Assembly: GCA_030649055.1 (NCBI GenBank)
Contig: JAUSGH010000007.1
Location: 1,854-65,853 of the forward strand
Origin: a bacterium
GTDB lineage: Bacteria; Patescibacteriota; Minisyncoccia; UBA6257; JAUSGH01
Direction of reading: 5' to 3'
Length of the DNA stretch: 64,000 nt
Under the pieces are notes generated by a model. The model was not told the origin of the DNA and made no database searches. It saw only the letters and a program-made list of their open reading frames with translations. Made by a program: the position numbers and the translations under genes. This document shows, piece after piece, positions 39,203 to 48,141 of this stretch; the first letter of the stretch is position 1; each line of letters starts with the position of its first letter.

Positions 39203-41038
39203 ATGAATGTTGCCGATTTTCTCTTAAAATATTTCAGCGACCGCGGCGTCACGCACGCGTTCCTCTTGCCCGGCGGGCATGCCATGTTTTTAAATGATGC
39301 GCTCGCAAAAAATAAACAACTGAGCTACACCTGCCTGCTTCATGAACAAGGCGTCGCAATGGCGGCAGAGGCCTACGGACGCGCATGCGGAAAACCCGCA
39401 ATCGCGATGGTAACCGCCGGCCCCGGAGCGACAAACGCCATCACGGGGGTTGTTGGCGCGTGGGTGGACTCTTCCCCTATGATCATCATCACAGGCCAGT
39501 CCGATCTGAATATTGTGCGACGCGCCGAAAAAACAGGCATACGCCAGCTTGGCGCGCAAGGCATTAGTATCCGCGCCATGGTCACGCCAATCACCAAATA
39601 TTTTGTAACAGTGGACAGTCCCGCAAAGGCCGGCGCATATGCCGCGAAAGCGTGGGAAGCGCTCCACGTCGGACGTCCCGGCCCGGTGTGGCTTGAGGTG
39701 CCGCTGGACATCCAGCGCTCCGAAGTTCCGCCGGCGGTCGTTCGCGCGGCAGAACACATCACCGCGCCACGCGACGTGCATCGCGTGACACCAACGCTCG
39801 CCAAATATGCAGCTGAGGTGTACAAAAAAATCACGGAGGCAAAGCGACCGCTTTTCATCTTCGGCCAAGGCGTGCGCCTTTCAGGCGGCGTTTCGGAATT
39901 TGAATCGGTAATCAAAAAAATAAAAATTCCTCTTATCACCTCCCGCCTGGGGCTGGATATTATCCCAAGCGACCATCCCGCCTTCATCGGCCGCCCGGGC
40001 ACATATGGCGACCGCGCCGCAAATTTAGCCGTACAAAACGCTGACCTTATTGTGGCCGTCGGCTCGCGCCTTGCGACTTCAATGACGGGATACAACGTAA
40101 AGGATTTTGGCAGGAACGCGGGCATTATTCTTGTGGACATTGACGAAAAGGAATTAAAAAAACCCGATCTCCGCCTCGTTATGCCAATCAAAGCCGACGC
40201 GAAAGCGTTTCTTGCGGCACTCGCAAACGAAGCAGGCGCGAAGGGCGACATTGAGCGCGCATCTTGGCTCGCCATCGCCAAGGGTTGGAGAAAAAAATAC
40301 CCTGTGGTGCTTCCGGAATATAAAACACAAAATCCGGTAAACACATATTACTTCGTGGATCGGCTCTCCGCGCTGGCGCCCGAAGGAGCGCAAATTCTTA
40401 CGGACACCAGTTCAATCTTCCACGTAAGCGCGCAAGCGTGGAAGATTAAAAAGGGTCAACGCTATATCACGACCGGCGGCATTTCCACTATGGGCTACTG
40501 GGTGGCGAGCGTGGGCATGTGCATTGCGAACAACAGGAAACCCACGATCGTACTTGTCGGTGACGGCAGTTTGGAAATGAACATCTACGGATTCGCAACC
40601 GTAAAAGGAAGCAACCTTCCGATTAAGATATTTGTCTTAAATAACAACGGCTACCTGCTCATCCGCCACACGCAAAAAAACTTTTTTGAAGGACGCATGA
40701 TCGGCGAAAGCCCTGCCTCGGGCGTCACGCTCCCCGATGTGCGAAAAGTCGCCGAAGCGTATGGCCTAAAAACCATGCGCATCAACTCAGCGAGCGAGGT
40801 AGATCAAAAAATCAAAGAAATGCTCGCCTACGACGGCCCCGTGGTGTGTGAAGTCATGACCCCCGAGTGGCAATTTATTATGCCGAGAGTCGGCGGGATG
40901 AAACAAGCGGACGGAAAAGTTGTGCCGAACAGGTACGAGAACATGTCTCCCCCGCTTCCGCCGGAGGAATTAAAAGCGAATATGATCGCGGAGTCGGGGC
41001 GATCGTCATTGCGAGCAAAGCGAAGCAATCTTACATAA
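39203..41038 (+). CDS. ThDP-dependent acetolactate-synthase-like enzyme (YerE-like sugar C-branching)
   Basis: GG.AMFLND, HEQ, GPGATNA, AWVDS, GRPGPVW, GDGS..MN, NNNGY. Confidence 0.82.
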   Translation: MNVADFLLKYFSDRGVTHAFLLPGGHAMFLNDALAKNKQLSYTCLLHEQGVAMAAEAYGRACGKPAIAMVTAGPGATNAITGVVGAWVDSSPMIIITGQSDLNIVRRAEKTGIRQLGAQGISIRAMVTPITKYFVTVDSPAKAGAYAAKAWEALHVGRPGPVWLEVPLDIQRSEVPPAVVRAAEHITAPRDVHRVTPTLAKYAAEVYKKITEAKRPLFIFGQGVRLSGGVSEFESVIKKIKIPLITSRLGLDIIPSDHPAFIGRPGTYGDRAANLAVQNADLIVAVGSRLATSMTGYNVKDFGRNAGIILVDIDEKELKKPDLRLVMPIKADAKAFLAALANEAGAKGDIERASWLAIAKGWRKKYPVVLPEYKTQNPVNTYYFVDRLSALAPEGAQILTDTSSIFHVSAQAWKIKKGQRYITTGGISTMGYWVASVGMCIANNRKPTIVLVGDGSLEMNIYGFATVKGSNLPIKIFVLNNNGYLLIRHTQKNFFEGRMIGESPASGVTLPDVRKVAEAYGLKTMRINSASEVDQKIKEMLAYDGPVVCEVMTPEWQFIMPRVGGMKQADGKVVPNRYENMSPPLPPEELKANMIAESGRSSLRAKRSNLT

Positions 41039-41045
41039 ACTATTT

Positions 41046-41924
41046 ATGAAAATTTTTCTTACCGGCGGCGCCGGATTCATCGGAAAAAACATCATTGAAC
41101 AGCTCGGCAAAGTGCACGAGATTATTGCGCCCACGCGCGAGGAGCTTGACCTCACGAACTCCGAGGCGGTATTCACGTTCCTCAAGAAACATCCGGTGGA
41201 TGTCGTGATTCATGCCGCAAACATCGGCGGTACGCGCAAGCAACAGCACGTCTTCGGCATCACGCACACGAACCTCAAAATGTTTTTCAATATTATCCGC
41301 GCGAAACCATTTTTCAAACGCATGATCACGCTCGGATCCGGCGCGGAATACGGCAAGCAACACCCCATCATGAACGTGAACGAAAACAATTTCAGCACCC
41401 ACGTTCCCGACGACGAGTACGGCCTCTATAAATACGTTTGCGCGGAGTACGCGTCAAAGGTGGACTACATCACGCACGTGCGACTCTTCGGAGTGTTCGG
41501 AAAATACGAGGATATCCAAATCCGCTTTATTTCCAACGCCATCTGCAAGGCGCTTTCGGGCATGCCCATCACCATTCGCCAGAACGTCGTGTTTGATTAC
41601 ATTTTCGTTGACGACCTCGTGCGGATACTGGACGCGTTTGTCCGCCGCAAACCGAAAGAAATATTTTTCAACACCGGCCGCGGTGAAGGCGTAGATCTTC
41701 GGACCATCGCGAAAAAAGTCATTCACGAAGTCGGCACGAAAGTACCCGTGCTCGTGCAGACGCCGGGACGCGCGAAGGAATACACCTGTTCAACCGCGCG
41801 CCTCAAAAAAACGTTGACGCACTTCTCATACACGCCGCTCGATATCGCCATCGCGAAACTTGTCGCGTACTACCAAACTATCCTCCCCACGATTGACCGC
41901 GAACTACTCACGCGCGACATTTAA
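41046..41924 (+). CDS. NAD-dependent epimerase/4-reductase
   Basis: TGGAGFIG, GSGAEYG, YGLYK, RLFGVFG. Confidence 0.85.
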   Translation: MKIFLTGGAGFIGKNIIEQLGKVHEIIAPTREELDLTNSEAVFTFLKKHPVDVVIHAANIGGTRKQQHVFGITHTNLKMFFNIIRAKPFFKRMITLGSGAEYGKQHPIMNVNENNFSTHVPDDEYGLYKYVCAEYASKVDYITHVRLFGVFGKYEDIQIRFISNAICKALSGMPITIRQNVVFDYIFVDDLVRILDAFVRRKPKEIFFNTGRGEGVDLRTIAKKVIHEVGTKVPVLVQTPGRAKEYTCSTARLKKTLTHFSYTPLDIAIAKLVAYYQTILPTIDRELLTRDI

Positions 41925-43381
41925 CTTTCGTCAGAACACGCACGAGCGCTATCGCGCCGATACATAAAGATTTTCCCGACGTCGCCCTGAAATGCGTAGC
42001 ATGGTGGGATTCTTTCTATTTCAGGTCCGGAATTCCTCGGGACAAAAATTGTTGAAAAAACACCCCGCAGGAGCTTTGCCTCATTTTCTTGCCCCACAAT
42101 AAACCGGTCGCTCATGCGGATGTATTGGTAAAACGCGCTTGACTGGTGCCGCGCGGCAATCTGCGGCAAATTGTAGAAAAACACGTTATTGTCGCTGCGT
42201 AACGCTTCAAGGTGTGACCCTATCGTTACCGGCAACACGTCCCGGACACGGCTCCCCTCCTTCCAAAGCGGAACAAGCTGCGCTCCAATAAATACGGCGA
42301 TGAGCGCCGCAAAAAACTTAAGACGCAACCCGTCACGTTTCAGCGCAACGCCAAGCATCGCATCAATGCCGGGCGCGAGGAAAAGAAAAAGCATGATGTG
42401 CGCGGGATAAAAATAACGATACCATCCTTCGGTGCGCACATAGAACGCGAGCGTCAGGAGCGCGAAAAGAAATGCCGCGATTTCCGCCATCGACACTCCT
42501 CTCTGCTGCCATATTTTTTTAACAAGAAACGCGAATGCGACGAGGAACAATACAAGCAAATGTGCAGGTGTTGATTCAGTAAAAAAACGCGCTATATTCG
42601 CCGCAATAAGCGGAACAAAATCCGCGACGTAATACGGATTCGCGTAATGCCCGAAAATTCGCGCGAGGGAGGACGCCCCGCCAAACTGCGTGAATATCCA
42701 CCACAAAATGGCCCCAACGCATCCTAACGCAAGCCAGAGCGTTTGCCGCCGGCCCTCGGGCGTAAGTACCATACGGCGCGCATTAAAAAGCAGTGCAAGA
42801 AATAACGCGGGTAGTATAACGAGAAACGTCGGCTTCGCGCTTGCCGCGAACCCCAACACAACACCGGAGGCGGCAAAAAGTACCGACGATGCCTTTGCGG
42901 ATTGCTCGGCGTACAGAAGTAACAGCAAGCCAGCCACTAAAAAGAACAGCGCGGGCGTTTCCCCGGCAAAGCTTTTTCCGTTGCCATAGAGCGGCGTAAA
43001 AGTTGTAAGCAATGCCGTTCCAACGCATGCGATCCGATTCCCGTAGAGTTTCCGCGACAGAAAGAAGAAAGCCACGACAAGTCCAAGCGCGAAAAGCACC
43101 GCGACAATGTGAAACACCGTAACGGAAAATCCGAAGATCAAGATTGCCGCGACCGCGGGGTAAATCGTCGGGTACCCCATCGTGATAAGCGCCGCGTTAT
43201 AAAACGTGCCGGGAGCGATTTCTATACCCCAAACACCCTGCTCCGCAATGTTCCGGACAAGCTGGACAAAAATCCCTTCGTCAAACCAAAATTCAGGATT
43301 CCACACGGAAAAATACAAAAACGCCGCAGCGGTGAATCCGAATAACAATGCCGCAACAAGGATGTATCGTCGATTTATCAT
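41921..43381 (-). CDS. GT-C (ArnT/PMT-like) membrane glycosyltransferase
   Basis: WFDEG motif after TM1, GE, AKP, RYF.P; ~11 TM helices. Confidence 0.78.
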   Translation of the reverse strand: MINRRYILVAALLFGFTAAAFLYFSVWNPEFWFDEGIFVQLVRNIAEQGVWGIEIAPGTFYNAALITMGYPTIYPAVAAILIFGFSVTVFHIVAVLFALGLVVAFFFLSRKLYGNRIACVGTALLTTFTPLYGNGKSFAGETPALFFLVAGLLLLLYAEQSAKASSVLFAASGVVLGFAASAKPTFLVILPALFLALLFNARRMVLTPEGRRQTLWLALGCVGAILWWIFTQFGGASSLARIFGHYANPYYVADFVPLIAANIARFFTESTPAHLLVLFLVAFAFLVKKIWQQRGVSMAEIAAFLFALLTLAFYVRTEGWYRYFYPAHIMLFLFLAPGIDAMLGVALKRDGLRLKFFAALIAVFIGAQLVPLWKEGSRVRDVLPVTIGSHLEALRSDNNVFFYNLPQIAARHQSSAFYQYIRMSDRFIVGQENEAKLLRGVFSTIFVPRNSGPEIERIPPCYAFQGDVGKIFMYRRDSARACSDES

Positions 43382-43394
43382 AGTGAGGCACTTT

Positions 43395-43479
43395 GTCATT
43401 CCGGACTCGATCCGGAATCCAGTTTGCCAAGTCCTGGATTCCCGCTGGAGTTTACCCGCCTTTGGCGGGCGGGAATGAC
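43395..43479. mobile_element. Non-autonomous family A element
   Basis: gtcattccggactcgatccggaatccag...ctggattcccgc...gcgggaatgac. Confidence 0.7.
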
Positions 43480-43482
43480 ACG

Positions 43483-44607
43483 CTAAAAACTTTCCATAAA
43501 TTTAATAATCTGCAGCGCGCGGTTTTCCCAGCTATATTCCCGAACATGGTTCTGCGCGGCAAGCGCAATCTGGTGCGCCGCATGCTCATTGTGAAGTACG
43601 GCAGCAATTCCACCGGCAAGCGCCAAAGAGTCATCGGGGTGGACAAAAATTGCCTGCGACTCATTAAGCACCTCGCGAATCGACGGGAGATCAGAGGCGA
43701 CAATCGGCGTACCGGAGGCCATATATTCAAAAAGCTTCATCGGAGAAGTATAGCGCGCGCCGATGGCTGTTTTGCCACTGGTGGGAAGCACGAGTACGTC
43801 CGCCGCCTTGAGCCACAACGGAATCTCGGAGGAACTCCGCCATCCCAGCACGTGCAGGTTTGCCGAAGGGAACCGCCGATTAAATGCCTCCGTGTCAGCC
43901 AGTGTTCCGCCGACAACATACACATGTGTATCGGGTGGAAGTTCTGCCGCCGCGCGAGCTAAGACATCGGCTCCTTTCCAATCATACAAATGGCCGGTAT
44001 ACGCGACAATTTTTTTATCAGCCGGGAGATGCAGTTTCGCGCGACATTCATCGCGACTCGCCGTAATATAAAATTTCTTCATATCAACCGCGTCGCGCGC
44101 GAGTAAAATCTTTTGCTCCGGAACGCCAAAGGCGATAAGCGCCTTTCGCAACCCGTCGCTAATCACAACAATTCCTTTTGCGCGCCGCCAGGCGCGACGG
44201 TGCAGCCAGTTCTCACGCTCCGGCAACGAATGGATTTCGTAAAAAACCGGCACACGCGTCAACAATCCCGCCGCGACGGCAAGGTCGCGCGTATAATACG
44301 CGTCATATGTATTGAAAAGCAGATGCCACCACAAGGCCTTTATAAAACTCATGCTCTCTAATACAAATCCGAGTTGTTTCAAAAAAGGCAACGCTAAAAA
44401 ATCCGCAACAAAAATCTTACGGATTGAAAAGTTGCGCGGGACACCGTAGAAAACAAAAGGGTCGTCTTTGAGCATATTCAGGCGCCGCGGAACCACAAGC
44501 GTCACAGCATTTCCTGCAGCCGCAAACGCCGCACACATATGCACCACCTGGATGCCGTGCGCCTTTTCGGTCGGAAGGCGGATATTTGCAAGATAAGCGA
44601 TTTTCAT
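43483..44607 (-). CDS. Glycosyltransferase family 4
   Basis: PTEKAHG.Q, YTG.L..WKG, SPMKLFEYMASG.PIV. Confidence 0.9.
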   Translation of the reverse strand: MKIAYLANIRLPTEKAHGIQVVHMCAAFAAAGNAVTLVVPRRLNMLKDDPFVFYGVPRNFSIRKIFVADFLALPFLKQLGFVLESMSFIKALWWHLLFNTYDAYYTRDLAVAAGLLTRVPVFYEIHSLPERENWLHRRAWRRAKGIVVISDGLRKALIAFGVPEQKILLARDAVDMKKFYITASRDECRAKLHLPADKKIVAYTGHLYDWKGADVLARAAAELPPDTHVYVVGGTLADTEAFNRRFPSANLHVLGWRSSSEIPLWLKAADVLVLPTSGKTAIGARYTSPMKLFEYMASGTPIVASDLPSIREVLNESQAIFVHPDDSLALAGGIAAVLHNEHAAHQIALAAQNHVREYSWENRALQIIKFMESF

Positions 44608-46463
44608 GATGTTGGTTGCCGGCGGATAAATTGTTCGTACCATAACTCCCACATAACAATCGCCCAAATCATATTAAGATTATACCGCTCTCCCGTAACA
44701 TGCGCCTCAAACATCCGCCGGACTTCTTCACGATTGAAAAACTCTTGCGGAATGTTCGCGAGGATATCTCGAACCCTATCTTTCAGCTCGCCGCGCATCC
44801 ACTTTGCCATAGGCGTAAACCAGCCGCGCTTCGGCTCACGCGCCACATGCGGCGGCAGATAGTCCGCGATCGCATCGCGCCAAATGCGCTTGCCCTGGAA
44901 ATGCCTTCCGGTATTCCCTAAAAGCGAAAACTTCCATCGCGTGGGAATCTTCGCGGCAAGCTCCGCGAGCCGATAATCCAGCATAGGTACTCGACACTCA
45001 AGTCCATGACCCATCGTCATTTTATCCGACCGCATCAGCGACTCGTCCACCAGCCAGCTCTGCCGATCAATGTTCATGAATACTTTCTCAAAATCGCGCG
45101 GTTGCGCCGATGCAAAATACCGCTCGCTAAAATGCCTCGTGATTGTCTCGGGGTCGCTGACGTCACGCGAAAGCACGCCGACTACATTATTCTCTTTTTC
45201 CGCGAGGAACGCGACCACGCGCGACGCATCCGCCGGAAGTCGCAGCTTTTGCGCGTTGTTTTTCCCGAAACAACCCGCAAGCGCGGAGTGGAACGGCAGC
45301 CGCTGGAACGCGGTAATCGCGCGGCTGTACCAATACCGCGGATAACCGCCGAAGAGCTCGTCTCCCCCGTCGCCGCCCAAAACCACCGCCACGTTTTCCT
45401 TCGCCATTTTTGACAACAGATACATCGCGCCCGCGGTCGGGTTAAAATTTGGCTCATCCAGGTGCCACGCGATACGTTCCAAATTATCACCGATATCTTT
45501 TGCCCCGATCATAAGCTCGTGATGCTCTGCTCCGTAGTGCGCCGCGGTCATCCGCGCGAGGCGAACATCAGCATTAAATTTATCCCGCTGCACATCAACG
45601 TCAAACCCCACGGAAAATGTCTGCGCTTTGCCCGCGGCGGCAACAACCGAGCCCAACACCGCTGTGGAATCCATGCCTCCCGAAAGAAACACACCGACGG
45701 GTCTGTCGGAAATAAGCTGACGCTTTACAGAGTCGTCAAACAACCGCCGGATCTCACGCCGTGCTTCATCACGCGAGACAACATCCGTAAAATCCGTCAC
45801 CTCCCAATACTTTTCGATCGTCAGCTTTCCGTTTGTGAATACGGCGCGGCTCGCCGCGGGAAGCTTGAAAATATTTTGAAACATCGTAAGCGGCTCCGGC
45901 ACATAGTAAAGATGAAAATAAAAATTCATCGCCTCCTTGGAAACCGCCCGAGCGATATCATGCGCAAGAATCGCCTTAATCTCCGATGAAAAAATAAATC
46001 GCGCCTGCCCTGAGCTCGTCGAAGGGTCAAAGTAGTAGTACAGCGGCTTCACGCCCGCGTGATCGCGCGCGAGAAACAGTTCTTGCTTCGCCGCGTCCCA
46101 AATGGCAAACGCAAAAATGCCGTTGAACTTTTTGACGCACTCTTTCCCCCACTTCGCGTACGCCACCAAAATTACCTCGGTGTCGCTCGCCGTGCGGAAC
46201 GGATAACCGGACTTTAACTCTTCTTTCAACTCACGGTAATTGTAAATCTCACCGTTAAAAACAATAACCAGCCGCCCATCCGCGCTTTTCATCGGCTGGC
46301 TGGCGGCAGAACTCAAATCAATAATGCTCAAGCGGTCGTGGCCGAGCGAAATTCCATCTGCAACAAAAACATCGGTCCCATCGGGTCCCCGATGAACTGT
46401 GGCGGCGTTCATGCTCTTAATGAGCGCCTCGTCTTTGAAATTAAATCCATTGATGCTACACAC
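44604..46463 (-). CDS. asnB: Asparagine synthase-like amidotransferase (glycan amidation)
   Basis: N-terminal MCSI, HRGPD, FNGEIYNY, LSGGMDS, GDGGDELFGGY; contains repeat-derived PSTSSGQA. Confidence 0.9.
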   Translation of the reverse strand: MCSINGFNFKDEALIKSMNAATVHRGPDGTDVFVADGISLGHDRLSIIDLSSAASQPMKSADGRLVIVFNGEIYNYRELKEELKSGYPFRTASDTEVILVAYAKWGKECVKKFNGIFAFAIWDAAKQELFLARDHAGVKPLYYYFDPSTSSGQARFIFSSEIKAILAHDIARAVSKEAMNFYFHLYYVPEPLTMFQNIFKLPAASRAVFTNGKLTIEKYWEVTDFTDVVSRDEARREIRRLFDDSVKRQLISDRPVGVFLSGGMDSTAVLGSVVAAAGKAQTFSVGFDVDVQRDKFNADVRLARMTAAHYGAEHHELMIGAKDIGDNLERIAWHLDEPNFNPTAGAMYLLSKMAKENVAVVLGGDGGDELFGGYPRYWYSRAITAFQRLPFHSALAGCFGKNNAQKLRLPADASRVVAFLAEKENNVVGVLSRDVSDPETITRHFSERYFASAQPRDFEKVFMNIDRQSWLVDESLMRSDKMTMGHGLECRVPMLDYRLAELAAKIPTRWKFSLLGNTGRHFQGKRIWRDAIADYLPPHVAREPKRGWFTPMAKWMRGELKDRVRDILANIPQEFFNREEVRRMFEAHVTGERYNLNMIWAIVMWELWYEQFIRRQPTS

Positions 46464-46475
46464 GGCAATATTTGC

Positions 46476-48122
46476 TTAATTGCTTAATTGTTTTATTGCT
46501 TTAACGACCATCGTTGGTCCATTCGACCGAAGCGCGAACATTTTCAATAGTCCACCGCCGAAACCGTTCGTGATGTCATCGGAGTTATCCGCAGAGCCCG
46601 AAAATATTCCAACAGTTTCGCCTAAGCTCGCGAGATGGTCGGAAATGCCATACCCTGCAACAAATTCCGGACTATACAGAAGATACGCGTAATCATTCGC
46701 CTGCATATATTCGGAGAGATGGTCGGTGAATGGGCCGGGCTGCGCGGCGAAAAGATTCAGCGCGTGGTAGCGCGGCGAGGGCAGCAGCTCCTCCGGCAAC
46801 GCTTCAGTCGCCACGTCCGCGCTCCGAAGCGAGCCGGGGTCAAGGCGTCGCTGTTCTTGAACCGCATCGGCGGTCGTGGGAATCCGCATCAGGCGCGCGA
46901 ATGTAACCACTTTTTCTCCGGCTGGAACATTTGCCGCAGTCCACTCTGCCGCCTGCACGCGCGTATCATTTTTGAGAAGCAGCGAGTCAAACCGCAGCAC
47001 TCCCGCCGCCATCGTTCCAAACACAACGACACCAAGGCCATACGCAAGAAACCTTGAACGCGCCGCAATCCACATAGTTGCTTCGTGCATCCCGTACCCC
47101 GCGACAAGCGCGAACAGCGGATAAAGCATCAGGATGTACCGGTCCATGTGAAAGAAGAACAAGTAGAAGACGGCGATATAGGCGAAAGAAAAGAGCGACG
47201 CAACCGCAAAAAACCTGCGCTTGCGGAGGAATGCGTAAAGCAACCCCGCAATAATAAACACGAAAAACGCCGACTCCGTTTCAATGAGCTTTTTTGCATA
47301 AAATCCGTATCCCGCGAAAAATCCAATAATGCTCTTTGCTCCCCCAACAACATTCTCCGCGTGCACCACAAGTCCCCCGGGATAAAGCGCGTAAGCCAGT
47401 GCCACAAGTGCCGTAAAAAGCAGCGCGCTCCCGTAAACCCACCGCTCCCTCAAAGACAGCCGGTCATACAACAAAAACCACAGCGCGATAAACAACGCCG
47501 AAAGTCCGGCCTGGTAGTTGATACCGACACCTATGCCGGCAAAAAGCGTGGCGAGGAGGTAGCGCCGCCGCGCCGCAATATCAGCGCGGGAAAGCACGTA
47601 CATGACGAGCGCAAAGAAAAACGTTGCCGGAACCCAATGTCGCGCCCAATGCGAAAAATTTGCATGGAGAAAACTTAATGCCAAAAATGCGGCCGAATAT
47701 AGCGCGGGCGCTTCCGCCGCAAAAACATTCTTCCCGATTTTATAAACAAGCCAAACCGTCGCGGTGCCGAGGACGACACTCGCGAGACGCGCGGCAATAA
47801 AAAGCGCCGAGGGGTCAAGCGTTGTTGCGGAAATAAACTGCGGGAACGTCCCGGAAAACAGCAAATATTTTATCACGAGCACGGGAATAAAAAGTACAAG
47901 GTAGATGTAGGAAAGATATGGCGGAAAATAGAGAATGCGCCCGAACTCCGCGGCATGAAGCGCCGGCACTAGGCTACGGAGCTCCATCATCTTTAGCGCT
48001 CCAAAAATAAACGGCGGCTCGTCCGAGACAAGCCACATCGGCAAACCGTAAGAAATCCCCGCAAGACGCACGAAAAACGCAACCGCGATAATCAAAAGTA
48101 ACGCGATTTTGAAGCGAGACAT
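46476..48122 (-). CDS. GT-C (PMT-like) membrane glycosyltransferase
   Basis: GI.YGLP...DE, YFPP, ARL.S..LG, RY. Confidence 0.78.
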   Translation of the reverse strand: MSRFKIALLLIIAVAFFVRLAGISYGLPMWLVSDEPPFIFGALKMMELRSLVPALHAAEFGRILYFPPYLSYIYLVLFIPVLVIKYLLFSGTFPQFISATTLDPSALFIAARLASVVLGTATVWLVYKIGKNVFAAEAPALYSAAFLALSFLHANFSHWARHWVPATFFFALVMYVLSRADIAARRRYLLATLFAGIGVGINYQAGLSALFIALWFLLYDRLSLRERWVYGSALLFTALVALAYALYPGGLVVHAENVVGGAKSIIGFFAGYGFYAKKLIETESAFFVFIIAGLLYAFLRKRRFFAVASLFSFAYIAVFYLFFFHMDRYILMLYPLFALVAGYGMHEATMWIAARSRFLAYGLGVVVFGTMAAGVLRFDSLLLKNDTRVQAAEWTAANVPAGEKVVTFARLMRIPTTADAVQEQRRLDPGSLRSADVATEALPEELLPSPRYHALNLFAAQPGPFTDHLSEYMQANDYAYLLYSPEFVAGYGISDHLASLGETVGIFSGSADNSDDITNGFGGGLLKMFALRSNGPTMVVKAIKQLSN

Positions 48123-48141
48123 ATGATAACTATAACATCCC

